Shown piece after piece: positions 32,962 through 41,851 of a stretch of DNA of 56,970 nucleotides. The notes beneath the pieces were generated by a model. That model had not been told where the DNA came from. It saw only the letters and a program-made list of their open reading frames with translations, and did not search any database. The DNA comes from a virus. Taxonomy: Duplodnaviria; Caudoviricetes. The position numbers were made by a program, and so were the translations under genes. The stretch covers positions 1 to 56,970 of IMG/VR virus record IMGVR_UViG_3300049436_000157. One strand, written 5' to 3'. Each line of letters begins with the position of its first letter. Position 1 is the first letter of the stretch.

Positions 32962-33753
32962 ATGAGCGCCGCATCCACCTATCTGGCCCAGGCCATCATC
33001 GGCCATGTTCTGCGCAGCCAGGCCTACACCCCGCCGGCCGGCATCTACCTAGCCCTGGCCGTGGATAGTCTGACCGACGACAACGACACCACCAAGGAAC
33101 TCTCCGCTTCCTGGTACGCCCGCAAGCAGATCGCCAGTTGGGCGGCGCCCACCGGCTCCGGCATGAGCACGTCGAACTCCAACGCCGTGACCTTCGACCG
33201 GGTGACAGGAAGCGCCGTGACCGTGCCCAACTGGGGGCTCTACGATGCCGCCAGCGGTGGCAACCTGATCGCTCATGGGGCCTTCGACGCGGCGAAGGTC
33301 GCCAACGTCAACAACGTCCTGCGGGTTGGCGCCAACGAGCTGGTCATCACCTTCGGTGGCATGTTCTCGGTGCACCTTGCCCAGGCCCTGATCAACCTCA
33401 TTTTCCGCAGCGTCGCCTACACGCCGCCGAGCCCGCGCCTCGCGCTCTACACGGCCGACCCCACGGCATCGGATGTCACGGCCAACGAGGTATCGGCAGC
33501 CTGGTATGCCCGGCAGGCCATCTCCGCATGGACCGCGCCGACCGGAACTGGCAATTCGTCGGCGAACTCGGCCGCCTTCGCCTTCCCGGCAGTGACCGGC
33601 GTTGCCAATGTGCCGGTGACGCACTGGGGCCTGAAGGATGCAGCGACGCTGGGCAACCTGCTGTTCAGCAAGGCGCTGCCGACGACCGAGACGCTGAACC
33701 CTGCCGACATCTTCGCCGGTGATCCTGGCGACCTTGTGGTGCAGATCCTGTGA
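32962..33753 (+). CDS. Tail-associated protein with an internal tandem duplication
   Basis: Two ~130-aa repeats (S-x-YLAQA-x-I...WYAR-x-x-I..W-x-APTG...WGL-x-DAA..GNL). Confidence 0.8.
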   Translation: MSAASTYLAQAIIGHVLRSQAYTPPAGIYLALAVDSLTDDNDTTKELSASWYARKQIASWAAPTGSGMSTSNSNAVTFDRVTGSAVTVPNWGLYDAASGGNLIAHGAFDAAKVANVNNVLRVGANELVITFGGMFSVHLAQALINLIFRSVAYTPPSPRLALYTADPTASDVTANEVSAAWYARQAISAWTAPTGTGNSSANSAAFAFPAVTGVANVPVTHWGLKDAATLGNLLFSKALPTTETLNPADIFAGDPGDLVVQIL

Positions 33754-34247
33754 ATCGGTCCGCCCTAAACTCCGCAGTCGTCGGGTCCGGAAACACGCCG
33801 GCCTGGACGCTGCTGTCGGCGCACGGGATCGTCCAGGCGGTTGGCGATCTGTCGGTATCCCTGACCAAGCGGGTCAGTGCCACGGCCCAGGTAGTGGCCG
33901 GCGGCGCCTGCACGGCGATGCACGTCATTGCCTCGAGAATGACGGCCCTGGTGGCTGCCGCGGGCAGCCTGACGGTGCAGCGGCTGATACCCCTGGACGT
34001 GTCGGCAATGGCCTTCGTCGGTGCGTCTGTCGATCTGCGCCCCATGCGGGTGCGCGTGGTGGGGGGAACAGGGCTGGCGATTGCCGATGGCAGCCTGACA
34101 CCGAAGATCATGCGCGGCCTGTCCGGGTCCGGCGTGGTGGTGGCCGATGGCTACTGCCTGGCCATCGACATCTACACCGGGCCGGCGCCTGCCGAGCGGA
34201 CCAGCTACCTCGATGGCGGCGACCGCACTTCTTACCTGACGAGGTAA
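33750..34247 (+). CDS. Tail-associated protein
   Basis: MN..LN N-terminus; Ala/Val-rich repeats. Confidence 0.65.
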   Translation: MNRSALNSAVVGSGNTPAWTLLSAHGIVQAVGDLSVSLTKRVSATAQVVAGGACTAMHVIASRMTALVAAAGSLTVQRLIPLDVSAMAFVGASVDLRPMRVRVVGGTGLAIADGSLTPKIMRGLSGSGVVVADGYCLAIDIYTGPAPAERTSYLDGGDRTSYLTR

Positions 34248-34253
34248 CGCGAC

Positions 34254-34556
34254 ATGGCCGTCATCGGTTCCTACTCAATGCAGCCTCACGAGCGGCTGGA
34301 CTTCGACACCAACTGCACCGACCTGGTGGGCATCGATGACCAGGTGAGCGAGGTCACGGCGGTCGTGACCCCGGCCACCGGCCTGGACCTGAACGTGTTG
34401 ATCAACCCGAGCAAGACGGGCGTGAAAACCTGGGTAGGGCCCAGCGCCCCGGGCGCCCTCAGCACGCCGGGGAGCTACAAGGTCGATCTGCGCATCAAGA
34501 CCCTCCTGGGCCGCACTCGGGAAGGCGAACTGAAGTTCAAGATCAAGGAGGTGTGA
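34254..34556 (+). CDS. Fibre adaptor-like protein
   Basis: QP-x-E-x-LDFD...K-x-W....YKV....T..GR..E-x-E. Confidence 0.7.
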   Translation: MAVIGSYSMQPHERLDFDTNCTDLVGIDDQVSEVTAVVTPATGLDLNVLINPSKTGVKTWVGPSAPGALSTPGSYKVDLRIKTLLGRTREGELKFKIKEV

Positions 34557-34557
34557 C

Positions 34558-35475
34558 GTGGAGCAGCTTCTATTCACCAACAACGCCACGGCCACCCTCA
34601 ATGGATCGCTGACGCAGGGCGGCACCACGATGGTCCTGGCGACCGGCCTGGGCGACAAGTTCCCGGCTCCAGGCGCCGGCCAGGCCTTCCTGGCGACGAT
34701 CTACGAACTCGACCTGTCCAGCAACGAAACCCGCATCGAGATCGTCAAGTGCACGGCGCGGACCGCTGACACGCTGACCATTGAGCGGGACGTGGAGGAA
34801 ACGGTGGGCGTGGTGGGCGGCTATGCCTACCCGTCCGCGCCCGGGCAGACGGTCTATGTCGCCCTGCGCTGGACCGCGGCCGGCGCCCATGAAATGCTCC
34901 AGGCGAACAAGAACCTGGCGGACCTAGCCAGCGCGGCGACGGCCCGCACCAGCCTGGGCCTTGGGGATGCCGCGACCAAGAACACGGGCACCGGTGCCAG
35001 CACGGTGGCCGCTGGGGATCACAATCACACCGGCGTCTATGAGCCGGCCGATGCGACCATCCTCAAGAGTGCCGCCATCGGCGTGTCGGTCCAGGCCTAC
35101 GATGCCAACACCACGAAGAACAACGTGGCCAACACCTTCACGGCCGCGCAAACCTTTGGCGCCTCGGTGAAGGAGAAGAAGACGGCCATGGCCGCCAACG
35201 ACATCGACCTGTCGGCGGGGAACTTCTTCAGCAAGACCATTTCCGGGAATACCACCCTAACGGTCAGCAACGTCCCGACGACCGGAACGGTAGGCAGCTT
35301 CATCCTCGATCTGACCAACGGCGGCAGCGCCACTATTACATGGTGGTCCGGCATGAAGTGGGCCGCGGGGGTGGCGCCGACCCTCACGGCCGCCGGGCGT
35401 GACGTGCTTGGGTTCTTCACCCATGACGCCGGAACCACCTGGACCGGCCTGGTGCTCGGCAGGGACGTGAAGTGA
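34558..35475 (+). CDS. Tail fibre protein
   Basis: FTNNA..L, EIVKCTAR..DTLTI-x-R, NLADL...TAR..LGLG; C-terminal IDLS-x-GN-x-F..W..G-x-APTLT..G-x-D. Confidence 0.85.
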   Translation: MEQLLFTNNATATLNGSLTQGGTTMVLATGLGDKFPAPGAGQAFLATIYELDLSSNETRIEIVKCTARTADTLTIERDVEETVGVVGGYAYPSAPGQTVYVALRWTAAGAHEMLQANKNLADLASAATARTSLGLGDAATKNTGTGASTVAAGDHNHTGVYEPADATILKSAAIGVSVQAYDANTTKNNVANTFTAAQTFGASVKEKKTAMAANDIDLSAGNFFSKTISGNTTLTVSNVPTTGTVGSFILDLTNGGSATITWWSGMKWAAGVAPTLTAAGRDVLGFFTHDAGTTWTGLVLGRDVK

Positions 35476-36131
35476 TCCACGACATCATCATGGCGGCTGC
35501 CGGGGCGGTCAGGGACCGACCCACCTACGTCGCTGGGGTGGCGTTTGGTGAAAACACAGCTTCAAGCACCCTCACGATCAACAAGCCGAGTGGTGTCGTT
35601 GAGGGCGATCTGCTGGTCGCCATTACCGCCTTCGGTAGCCTGACCGACTCCAACAACGCAACATGGACCGGCGACACAGGATGGACCGAGGCGTATGACC
35701 AGGGGGCCAATCCAAACATCCGCGTAGCCTGGAAGGTCGCGGGTGCGAGTGAGCCGGCGTCGTACACCTTCACGACCAGCCTCACGTCCGGTGGGCATGG
35801 AGGCGTGGTCCTGGCCTTTCGTGGTGCGGCCTTCGACGTGTGCGGGACTGCCGTGGTGGCCGCGAGCGGTGGCAACGTCACGGCATCCGCGATCACGGTG
35901 TCCGAGGCCAATTCCATCCTGCTCGGCTTCTGGTTTGAGTACGCCAACATCGCATCGTTCTCCACGCCTTCCGGGATGACGCTGCTGCTCGACGGGTCCG
36001 GTAGTGCCGCCCCTGACTTCGACACCTTCTACCAGAACGTCGACGCCGGATCGAGTGGCACGAAGACGAGCGGACCGGGCGCCGGGACGCGCAACGTCGG
36101 CGGGATCCTTCTCTCCATCAAACCCAAGTAG
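35472..36131 (+). CDS. Fibre tip/receptor-binding candidate
   Basis: P-x-GV-x-EGDLLVA...WKVAGASEP-x-SYTF beta-sandwich pattern. Confidence 0.7.
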   Translation: MIHDIIMAAAGAVRDRPTYVAGVAFGENTASSTLTINKPSGVVEGDLLVAITAFGSLTDSNNATWTGDTGWTEAYDQGANPNIRVAWKVAGASEPASYTFTTSLTSGGHGGVVLAFRGAAFDVCGTAVVAASGGNVTASAITVSEANSILLGFWFEYANIASFSTPSGMTLLLDGSGSAAPDFDTFYQNVDAGSSGTKTSGPGAGTRNVGGILLSIKPK

Positions 36132-36139
36132 AGGAACTC

Positions 36140-36631
36140 ATGGCTCTATACGTTCGATCCTCTGACAATGCGGTGGTTGGGATCGTCGAGATCCGCGCTG
36201 CCCATCCCGACAAGTCGATCCCGGACGGCATTGATCACGCCGACCTGGGGTTCCCGCTTCTGGTCGATGCTGCCCAGCCTGCGCCGTTGCCGTGGCATCG
36301 CGTCGTCGCCGGCCCCGTGGTGGGAAACGCTACTACCTGGGTGCAGCAGCCGATGTCCGCCGCTGACATCGAGGCCATCCTGGTGGCTGCGCTTGATGCT
36401 CACTTCGACGCTACCGCAAATCAGCGGCGCTACCGTGACCGCTACACATGCAGCGTTCGGGCGGGGTATGTCGGGCCGTTCCAGGCCGAGGGCGTGGCCT
36501 TCGCCACCTGGATGGACGCCTGCAACGCGCTGGGCTACCAGATCATGGCCGAGGTTAAGGCCGGGACGCGGGCGATTCCGACGCCGGCCGAACTGGTGGC
36601 CGCTATGCCGGCGATGGTGTGGCCAGCATGA
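36140..36631 (+). CDS. Tail fibre assembly-like protein
   Basis: LD..A..R-x-Y...FQAEG-x-AF..W-x-D..P...WP C-terminus. Confidence 0.7.
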   Translation: MALYVRSSDNAVVGIVEIRAAHPDKSIPDGIDHADLGFPLLVDAAQPAPLPWHRVVAGPVVGNATTWVQQPMSAADIEAILVAALDAHFDATANQRRYRDRYTCSVRAGYVGPFQAEGVAFATWMDACNALGYQIMAEVKAGTRAIPTPAELVAAMPAMVWPA

Positions 36632-37110
36632 AGTACAGCCAGGTCCGCGACAAGATCAAGACCGGTGACGCGCTGGTCTTTTCCACCACCACCTGGAACG
36701 GGTTCTGGGATTGGCTGGCGCAGCTCGTCCGCATCAAGCGCCGCTCGAAGTGGTCGCACATCGGCATGGCTGTCGTGTGGGCAGGGCGCGTGTGGGTACT
36801 GGAGGCTACGCGGCATGGGGTATGGCCGATCCCGTTGTCGAACAAGAAGCAGGATTTTGGATGGATTCCATGCTCTGAACTCGGGGACGCAGAGCTGGAG
36901 CGTGCCTTCTCGATTGTCGGTGACGGCTATGGGTGGCTGGATGCCTACGAGGCTGATCAGGGCACGCTGACGCCAGGGGCGAACCGGCTCTGGGAATGCG
37001 CCGAGGCGTTCTGCTGGTGGCGTGACATCTGGGGCGTGCAGTACGTGCCTGATGCGGTTGTCGATTACCTGCTCAAGGGTGATGTGTCGCTTACGGAGGT
37101 GCAACTATGA
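36628..37110 (+). CDS. Permuted papain-like NlpC/P60 (YiiX-like) enzyme
   Basis: KTGD-x-L, WSHIG, VLEA, Y, CAE, PD; His precedes Cys. Confidence 0.75.
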   Translation: MKYSQVRDKIKTGDALVFSTTTWNGFWDWLAQLVRIKRRSKWSHIGMAVVWAGRVWVLEATRHGVWPIPLSNKKQDFGWIPCSELGDAELERAFSIVGDGYGWLDAYEADQGTLTPGANRLWECAEAFCWWRDIWGVQYVPDAVVDYLLKGDVSLTEVQL

Positions 37111-37703
37111 TTGATCGATCGCTCATGGAATCGGACATTGCCGAGTCCAAGCGGATGCTCAAGGGGAAGATCACCGCCATGCTGTGGGTGGTCCTGATGA
37201 CCCCCGTCGCCATGCTGTTCGCCATCGGCAAGGATGGCCCGTTCCCTCGGGACTCCTGGCTTTGGCCGTTCCAGGAATGGAAGTGGGGCATCAACGGGGA
37301 TCCCTACTGGCAGGCCAAGTATGGCGACCGGGTGAAGTCCTGGTGGGTCCGCTGTTTGTGGGTCTGGCGCAACGCCAACATGGAAGATTCCCTGCTCGGG
37401 GTGGACGCCAACAACATCGTCAGGCTGGAATACGACGGCGATCCTTGGGTCAGCAATCACCCGCTGCATGAGGGCTGCCTGGACATCCACGCATGGGACA
37501 AGGACGGCCGGCGCTACTGGGCCTACTACGATGTCCATCGCAACCCGGATCCGCCCGGCAGGTGCTACCGCAGCTACATCGGGTGGAAGCTCCAGGAAGT
37601 GCTGCACAACCACCTGAAGACCGGCAGCTACGTCGGCACCGGCGACCCGATCATGCCGGCCGTGTATTCGGTCAATCCGCTCATGGGGTACACGACGGAA
37701 TGA
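37107..37703 (+). CDS. Trp-rich hypothetical protein with N-terminal TM
   Basis: W-x-WRN and IGWKL motifs; ATGA overlaps. Confidence 0.7.
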   Translation: MIDRSLMESDIAESKRMLKGKITAMLWVVLMTPVAMLFAIGKDGPFPRDSWLWPFQEWKWGINGDPYWQAKYGDRVKSWWVRCLWVWRNANMEDSLLGVDANNIVRLEYDGDPWVSNHPLHEGCLDIHAWDKDGRRYWAYYDVHRNPDPPGRCYRSYIGWKLQEVLHNHLKTGSYVGTGDPIMPAVYSVNPLMGYTTE

Positions 37704-37822
37704 GAGAGATCGCCGACGGCATCACCTATGTCCTGATCGCCGGGGCCGCGGGCCTCGTGGCGCTGGCCGTCGTCGCGGTGTGGTTCCTCTGGTCGCTGGC
37801 ACGGAGCAAGTCCGCAAAATGA
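37700..37822 (+). CDS. Small single-TM peptide
   Basis: ATGA overlaps on both sides. Confidence 0.55.
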   Translation: MREIADGITYVLIAGAAGLVALAVVAVWFLWSLARSKSAK

Positions 37823-40218
37823 TCATCCCCATCCGGCAATTCTCCGGCGAGTTCCCCCGCGTCCTGCCGCACCAGTTGCCGGACGGGGCGGCGCAATACA
37901 CTCAGTCGCTGGACATTGCCCGGGGCAACCTGTCGGGCCTTGCCGATGATCTTCCGGCGCCCATCGGCCCGGCTGCCTCGACTGTGCGCTCCCTGTTCAT
38001 GCCAGAGAGCAATGCCTACCTGGGCGTGACCTTCGCGTGGTACGCCTGGGACCGGGAGGTCGACGCCGTGCGCGGGCCGACCGTCGATGACCAATACACC
38101 CGCTTCTACTGGTCGGACGGCACCGGGTTCTATGTTTCCCAGGCCAAGCTGGGCGGCTACGGCCGGGAGCCCAACGCAGCGACGAATCGCTGGAAGGTCG
38201 GGGTGCCGCAGCCGGCGACGCCCATGGCCCAGGTCAATACCGGCTTCCAGATCCCGGGCATCACCGACTATTCCTTCTCCGCCTTCTGCGAGGGTACGGA
38301 CGGCGCCAGGCTGAACAAGACCGCGGCGCTGATCCACAACTACGACAGCAATGCCGTGCTGCCCAGCATGGTGAGCCGCCGGTGGATGCTCTACCCGGAG
38401 GGCCTGGACTGCATGAGCAATGCCGCGGCCTCGTCCGGATCCAGCACCTCCACCACCACGACGGAGCAGGCCACTCTCGAGAATATGGCCTTCTATGGGG
38501 TGGCGCCGATTGTGCCCGGCGGAGGTGGTTCGATAGGCGCCGCGCAGGCTACCGTGTCCGTCCCGATCTACAAGGCCAGCGGGTCCGACACCTTCTACTT
38601 CCACTGGGCCGATTGGGAATCCGCGCCGCTGGCCGGGTCCGCGTCCTGGACCGACGATGTGACCATCCGCACCTTCAGCCACATCGGCAGCGGCTGGTAC
38701 TCGACCAATTCGTCGGCGACGGCGCCCAACACGGGCGGCGCATCCGCCGTGGCTTCCGTGACCTACACGCCGGCCCTGGAAGTCACGATGACCCGCGACG
38801 ATGGCTCCACCGTCGTGGCCGTCCTGCGCACCGATGCCGCGGCCAATTCCTGGCCGGCCGAGCTTTCCGGGTACTCGGCTTCTCTGTCCATCAAGGAACA
38901 GGCCCGCGTACAGCCGACCGACCCCATCACCTACTACATGGAGGTGGAGCTTCATTCGCGCACGGACTACCTAACCAGCCGGGCCTACTCCTACTCCTAC
39001 GTCAATGTGTGGGGCGAAGAGGGGGCCCTGGCGGATCCGCTCCTGATCGAGGACATCATCGAGGGGCAGCAGGTGAAGCTGTCCTACACGCCGCCGCCGG
39101 CCGGGCACGGCTACTGCCCCATCCAGAAGGTCCGCATCTACCGGACGGCCACCGGCAGCGGTGGCACCGATTACCTGTTCGTGGCGGATGTCGATCCGAT
39201 CAACACCTCCGAGCCCTATTTCCTGGACACGCTCACCGGCGACCAGTTGGGCGAGTCGGCGCAGACGGTTGATTTCCTGCCTCCTCCCCAGAATCTAAAA
39301 GGCCTGGCGATGCTGCCCAACGGGATCCTGGCCGGGTTCGTGGCCAACGAGATCTACCTGATGGAGCCGTACCTGCCGTATGCCTGCGTCCGCAAGAACA
39401 TCAAGACGCTGCCCTACAACATCGTGTCCCTGCTGGCCGGCGAAACCGGGCTCTATGCGGTCACCTCGGCGCATCCCTACCTGCTGTCCGGGGTCACGCC
39501 GGACTCCATCGTGCCGCAGAAGATCGCGGCCATCCAGGGCGGGGTTTCGCGCAAGTCCATCTGCGATGCTGGGCAGGTGGCGATCTACGCCTCCCGGGAT
39601 GGGCTGGTCATGCTGCGCGGTCTGGATGCCAGCCTCGATGGGTCGTTCAAGCTATTCACCCGCGAGAAGTGGCTGGAGTTCGTGGGCGGCGAGGCGAACC
39701 TGCAACACCTGCACCTGTGCGCCCACGATGGCGCGGTCCTCGGCTGGTTCGACAACGGGTACGCTGGATTCCTGGTCCGCCTGGACGAGGCCCAGGGCCT
39801 GACGCGGATCCCGAATTCCGGGATTACCGCGTCCCTGGTGTCTCCCGAGGACGATGCCCTGTACCTCGCCAAGGGGACCAGCATCGCCGTCTTCCGCAAG
39901 GGCACGACTCGGCGGCAATGGCAGTGGTGGAGCAAGGACTACATCGTTCCCAAGCCAACGAACTTCGGGGCGCTCCAGGTCGTGGGCGATGGCCCGGTGT
40001 CCATTCAGGTGGCGGCCGATGGCCAGATCATCCACACCATCCCCACCCAGGACATGACGCCCGAGGTCAACGGCAAGCGCCAGGACCAGATGATTTTCCG
40101 CCTGCCACCCGGATTCAAGGCCCGCCGCTGGATGGCCCTGGCCATCGGCGAGGCCGGGTATTCCGAGGTGCGCGAAATCTACCTGGCCGAGACAGTCCAG
40201 GAACTGCGGAATGTCTGA
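37819..40218 (+). CDS. Tail nozzle/head-stabilisation protein
   Basis: FSGE-x-PR..P..LP..AQ, R-x-Y-x-YSYVN-x-WGEEG, RIYRT, NGILAGF, YAS-x-DGLV, W-x-SK, FRLP-x-G. Confidence 0.8.
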   Translation: MIIPIRQFSGEFPRVLPHQLPDGAAQYTQSLDIARGNLSGLADDLPAPIGPAASTVRSLFMPESNAYLGVTFAWYAWDREVDAVRGPTVDDQYTRFYWSDGTGFYVSQAKLGGYGREPNAATNRWKVGVPQPATPMAQVNTGFQIPGITDYSFSAFCEGTDGARLNKTAALIHNYDSNAVLPSMVSRRWMLYPEGLDCMSNAAASSGSSTSTTTTEQATLENMAFYGVAPIVPGGGGSIGAAQATVSVPIYKASGSDTFYFHWADWESAPLAGSASWTDDVTIRTFSHIGSGWYSTNSSATAPNTGGASAVASVTYTPALEVTMTRDDGSTVVAVLRTDAAANSWPAELSGYSASLSIKEQARVQPTDPITYYMEVELHSRTDYLTSRAYSYSYVNVWGEEGALADPLLIEDIIEGQQVKLSYTPPPAGHGYCPIQKVRIYRTATGSGGTDYLFVADVDPINTSEPYFLDTLTGDQLGESAQTVDFLPPPQNLKGLAMLPNGILAGFVANEIYLMEPYLPYACVRKNIKTLPYNIVSLLAGETGLYAVTSAHPYLLSGVTPDSIVPQKIAAIQGGVSRKSICDAGQVAIYASRDGLVMLRGLDASLDGSFKLFTREKWLEFVGGEANLQHLHLCAHDGAVLGWFDNGYAGFLVRLDEAQGLTRIPNSGITASLVSPEDDALYLAKGTSIAVFRKGTTRRQWQWWSKDYIVPKPTNFGALQVVGDGPVSIQVAADGQIIHTIPTQDMTPEVNGKRQDQMIFRLPPGFKARRWMALAIGEAGYSEVREIYLAETVQELRNV

Positions 40219-41386
40219 GCCCGTCGTCCCGAGCCTGCCGCCCCTGTCGGGCATCAAGGATCCCGCCACCCGGGCCGCGTTCCAGGCGCTCTACGATCAG
40301 TTGCGGGTGCGCAACGGAGAGGTGGGCACCGGCGAGAACCGCTTTCTCACGGAGAAGGATCTGGTGGCCGGCGTGTCGTCTGCGGTTCGCGGGGCCGGAT
40401 CCGGCGGCAGGCGTACCGGCATGTCGGGGTCCGGCAGCCGCGGCGGGATCTCCGGCGCCATCCAGGACATTGTGGACAAGGTGGCGGAAGAGATTGCCGG
40501 CTCCTGGATCTACAAGCAGTTGAAGGAACGGCTGGAGTGGATCGAAACCCCGGACTGGTTCCTGGGCAAGTTCGGCGCAGCCATCCAGCAGGAAACCACC
40601 ATCCGGGAGTCCCAACTACAGGCCCAGGCGACGTGGACCAATACGGCCGTCGCCGACATCAACGGCAACATCGCCCTGGCCCAGGAGCGCATCACGGTCA
40701 TGTCGGATGCCGCAAGTGCGCTGGCTCAGAAGGTAACGACGGTCCAGACCCAGGTGGATGGGGTCCAGGTGATCGCCCAGGAAGGATTGAGTGTCGCCCA
40801 GGACGCCAAGGGCAACATCAATGGCGCCTGGTCGGTGAAGTTCGATGCCAATGGCTACGTCGCCGGCATCGGCCTGGGGGTGGAGAAAAAGCCCAACGCG
40901 CCGCCTCAATCGAAGTTCATCATCAACGTCGACAAGTTCGCCGTCGCCGCGCCCGGCGCCGCTCCCTACTTCCCCTTTGTGGTCAACGCCAATCCTTCGC
41001 CAGGGGATCCGGCCGTCGTGGTCAACGGCGACATGGTGGTCAACGGCACCATTACTGCCAAGAAGATCGCCAACAACTCCGTCAGCCGTCCGATGGCCGG
41101 CGGAGCGGTGGCACTGGCCGAGGGAGAAGAGGCCACGATCATCCTGTTTGGCGGCGCCAACTGGTTGTCGTCTGGGGGTGCGGATTACAGCTTCTACGTC
41201 TCCATCAGCGGGACCAACGGGGTAGGGGTGTCGCAGAAAGGCGGGTTCTCCACCGGCGCTTCTACGTCGGCCGTCTTCCATAGAACCGGGCCGGGATTGT
41301 TCCTCTTCAGCTTGGACAAGTCAGTCACGACGACGGACGGAAGCTGGGGGTCTTCGTGGCTCAACGGCGTTGCCTTCCTGAAGTAG
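40211..41386 (+). CDS. Tail tip/fibre protein (DUF1983-like region)
   Basis: Coiled coil then WSVK-x-DANGYVAGIGL..F....DKFAV..PF....GTITA-x-KI. Confidence 0.78.
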   Translation: MSEPVVPSLPPLSGIKDPATRAAFQALYDQLRVRNGEVGTGENRFLTEKDLVAGVSSAVRGAGSGGRRTGMSGSGSRGGISGAIQDIVDKVAEEIAGSWIYKQLKERLEWIETPDWFLGKFGAAIQQETTIRESQLQAQATWTNTAVADINGNIALAQERITVMSDAASALAQKVTTVQTQVDGVQVIAQEGLSVAQDAKGNINGAWSVKFDANGYVAGIGLGVEKKPNAPPQSKFIINVDKFAVAAPGAAPYFPFVVNANPSPGDPAVVVNGDMVVNGTITAKKIANNSVSRPMAGGAVALAEGEEATIILFGGANWLSSGGADYSFYVSISGTNGVGVSQKGGFSTGASTSAVFHRTGPGLFLFSLDKSVTTTDGSWGSSWLNGVAFLK

Positions 41387-41393
41387 GTGGCGC

Positions 41394-41413
41394 CGCCCCA
41401 TGCGTGGCAGAGT
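41394..41413 (+). promoter_or_regulatory. Late-gene motif, copy 4
   Basis: CGCCCCATGCGTGGCAGAGT, intergenic. Confidence 0.6.
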
Positions 41414-41437
41414 TGGGGTGCTCATATGGGAGATGCT

Positions 41438-41851
41438 ATGCCGCTCGTCAGTATTGACCCTCGCTATCTAGATCAAGTCTGGCCAGCCGTGTCGTCCATG
41501 CTGGCTGTGGCCGTCGCTCATGCCGACGAGGACATCACCCTGGATCAGCTGCAGTACCGCATCCGCCGGGGCGAGTCGATCCTGCTGATCTGGATTGCCG
41601 ATGATGGCGAGTTGATTATCGGTGCCGCCACCGTCGAGTTCAAGGAGTACCCACGGCAGCGGGTGGCGCTGGTGTCGTTTGTCGGCGGAGACTCCGGACT
41701 GACGGATCAAAGCAAGTTCGACGTGCTGGCACAGTGGTGCAGAGAGCGCGGCGCCTCGGCGATCGAGGCCTGGTGTCGGCCGGTTGCCGCCCGTCTGTTC
41801 GAGAAGAACGGATTTCAGCAGAAGTACATCGTGACGAGGTGCGCACTATGA
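41438..41851 (+). CDS. GNAT-like protein preceding the ejection genes
   Basis: F-x-GG..W...G...IE..R....RL....GF pattern. Confidence 0.65.
   Translation: MPLVSIDPRYLDQVWPAVSSMLAVAVAHADEDITLDQLQYRIRRGESILLIWIADDGELIIGAATVEFKEYPRQRVALVSFVGGDSGLTDQSKFDVLAQWCRERGASAIEAWCRPVAARLFEKNGFQQKYIVTRCAL

Noticed and set aside
34558-41386. Diversity-generating retroelement or invertible tail-fibre switch
   Set aside because: No reverse transcriptase, invertase, or template/variable repeat pair seen.
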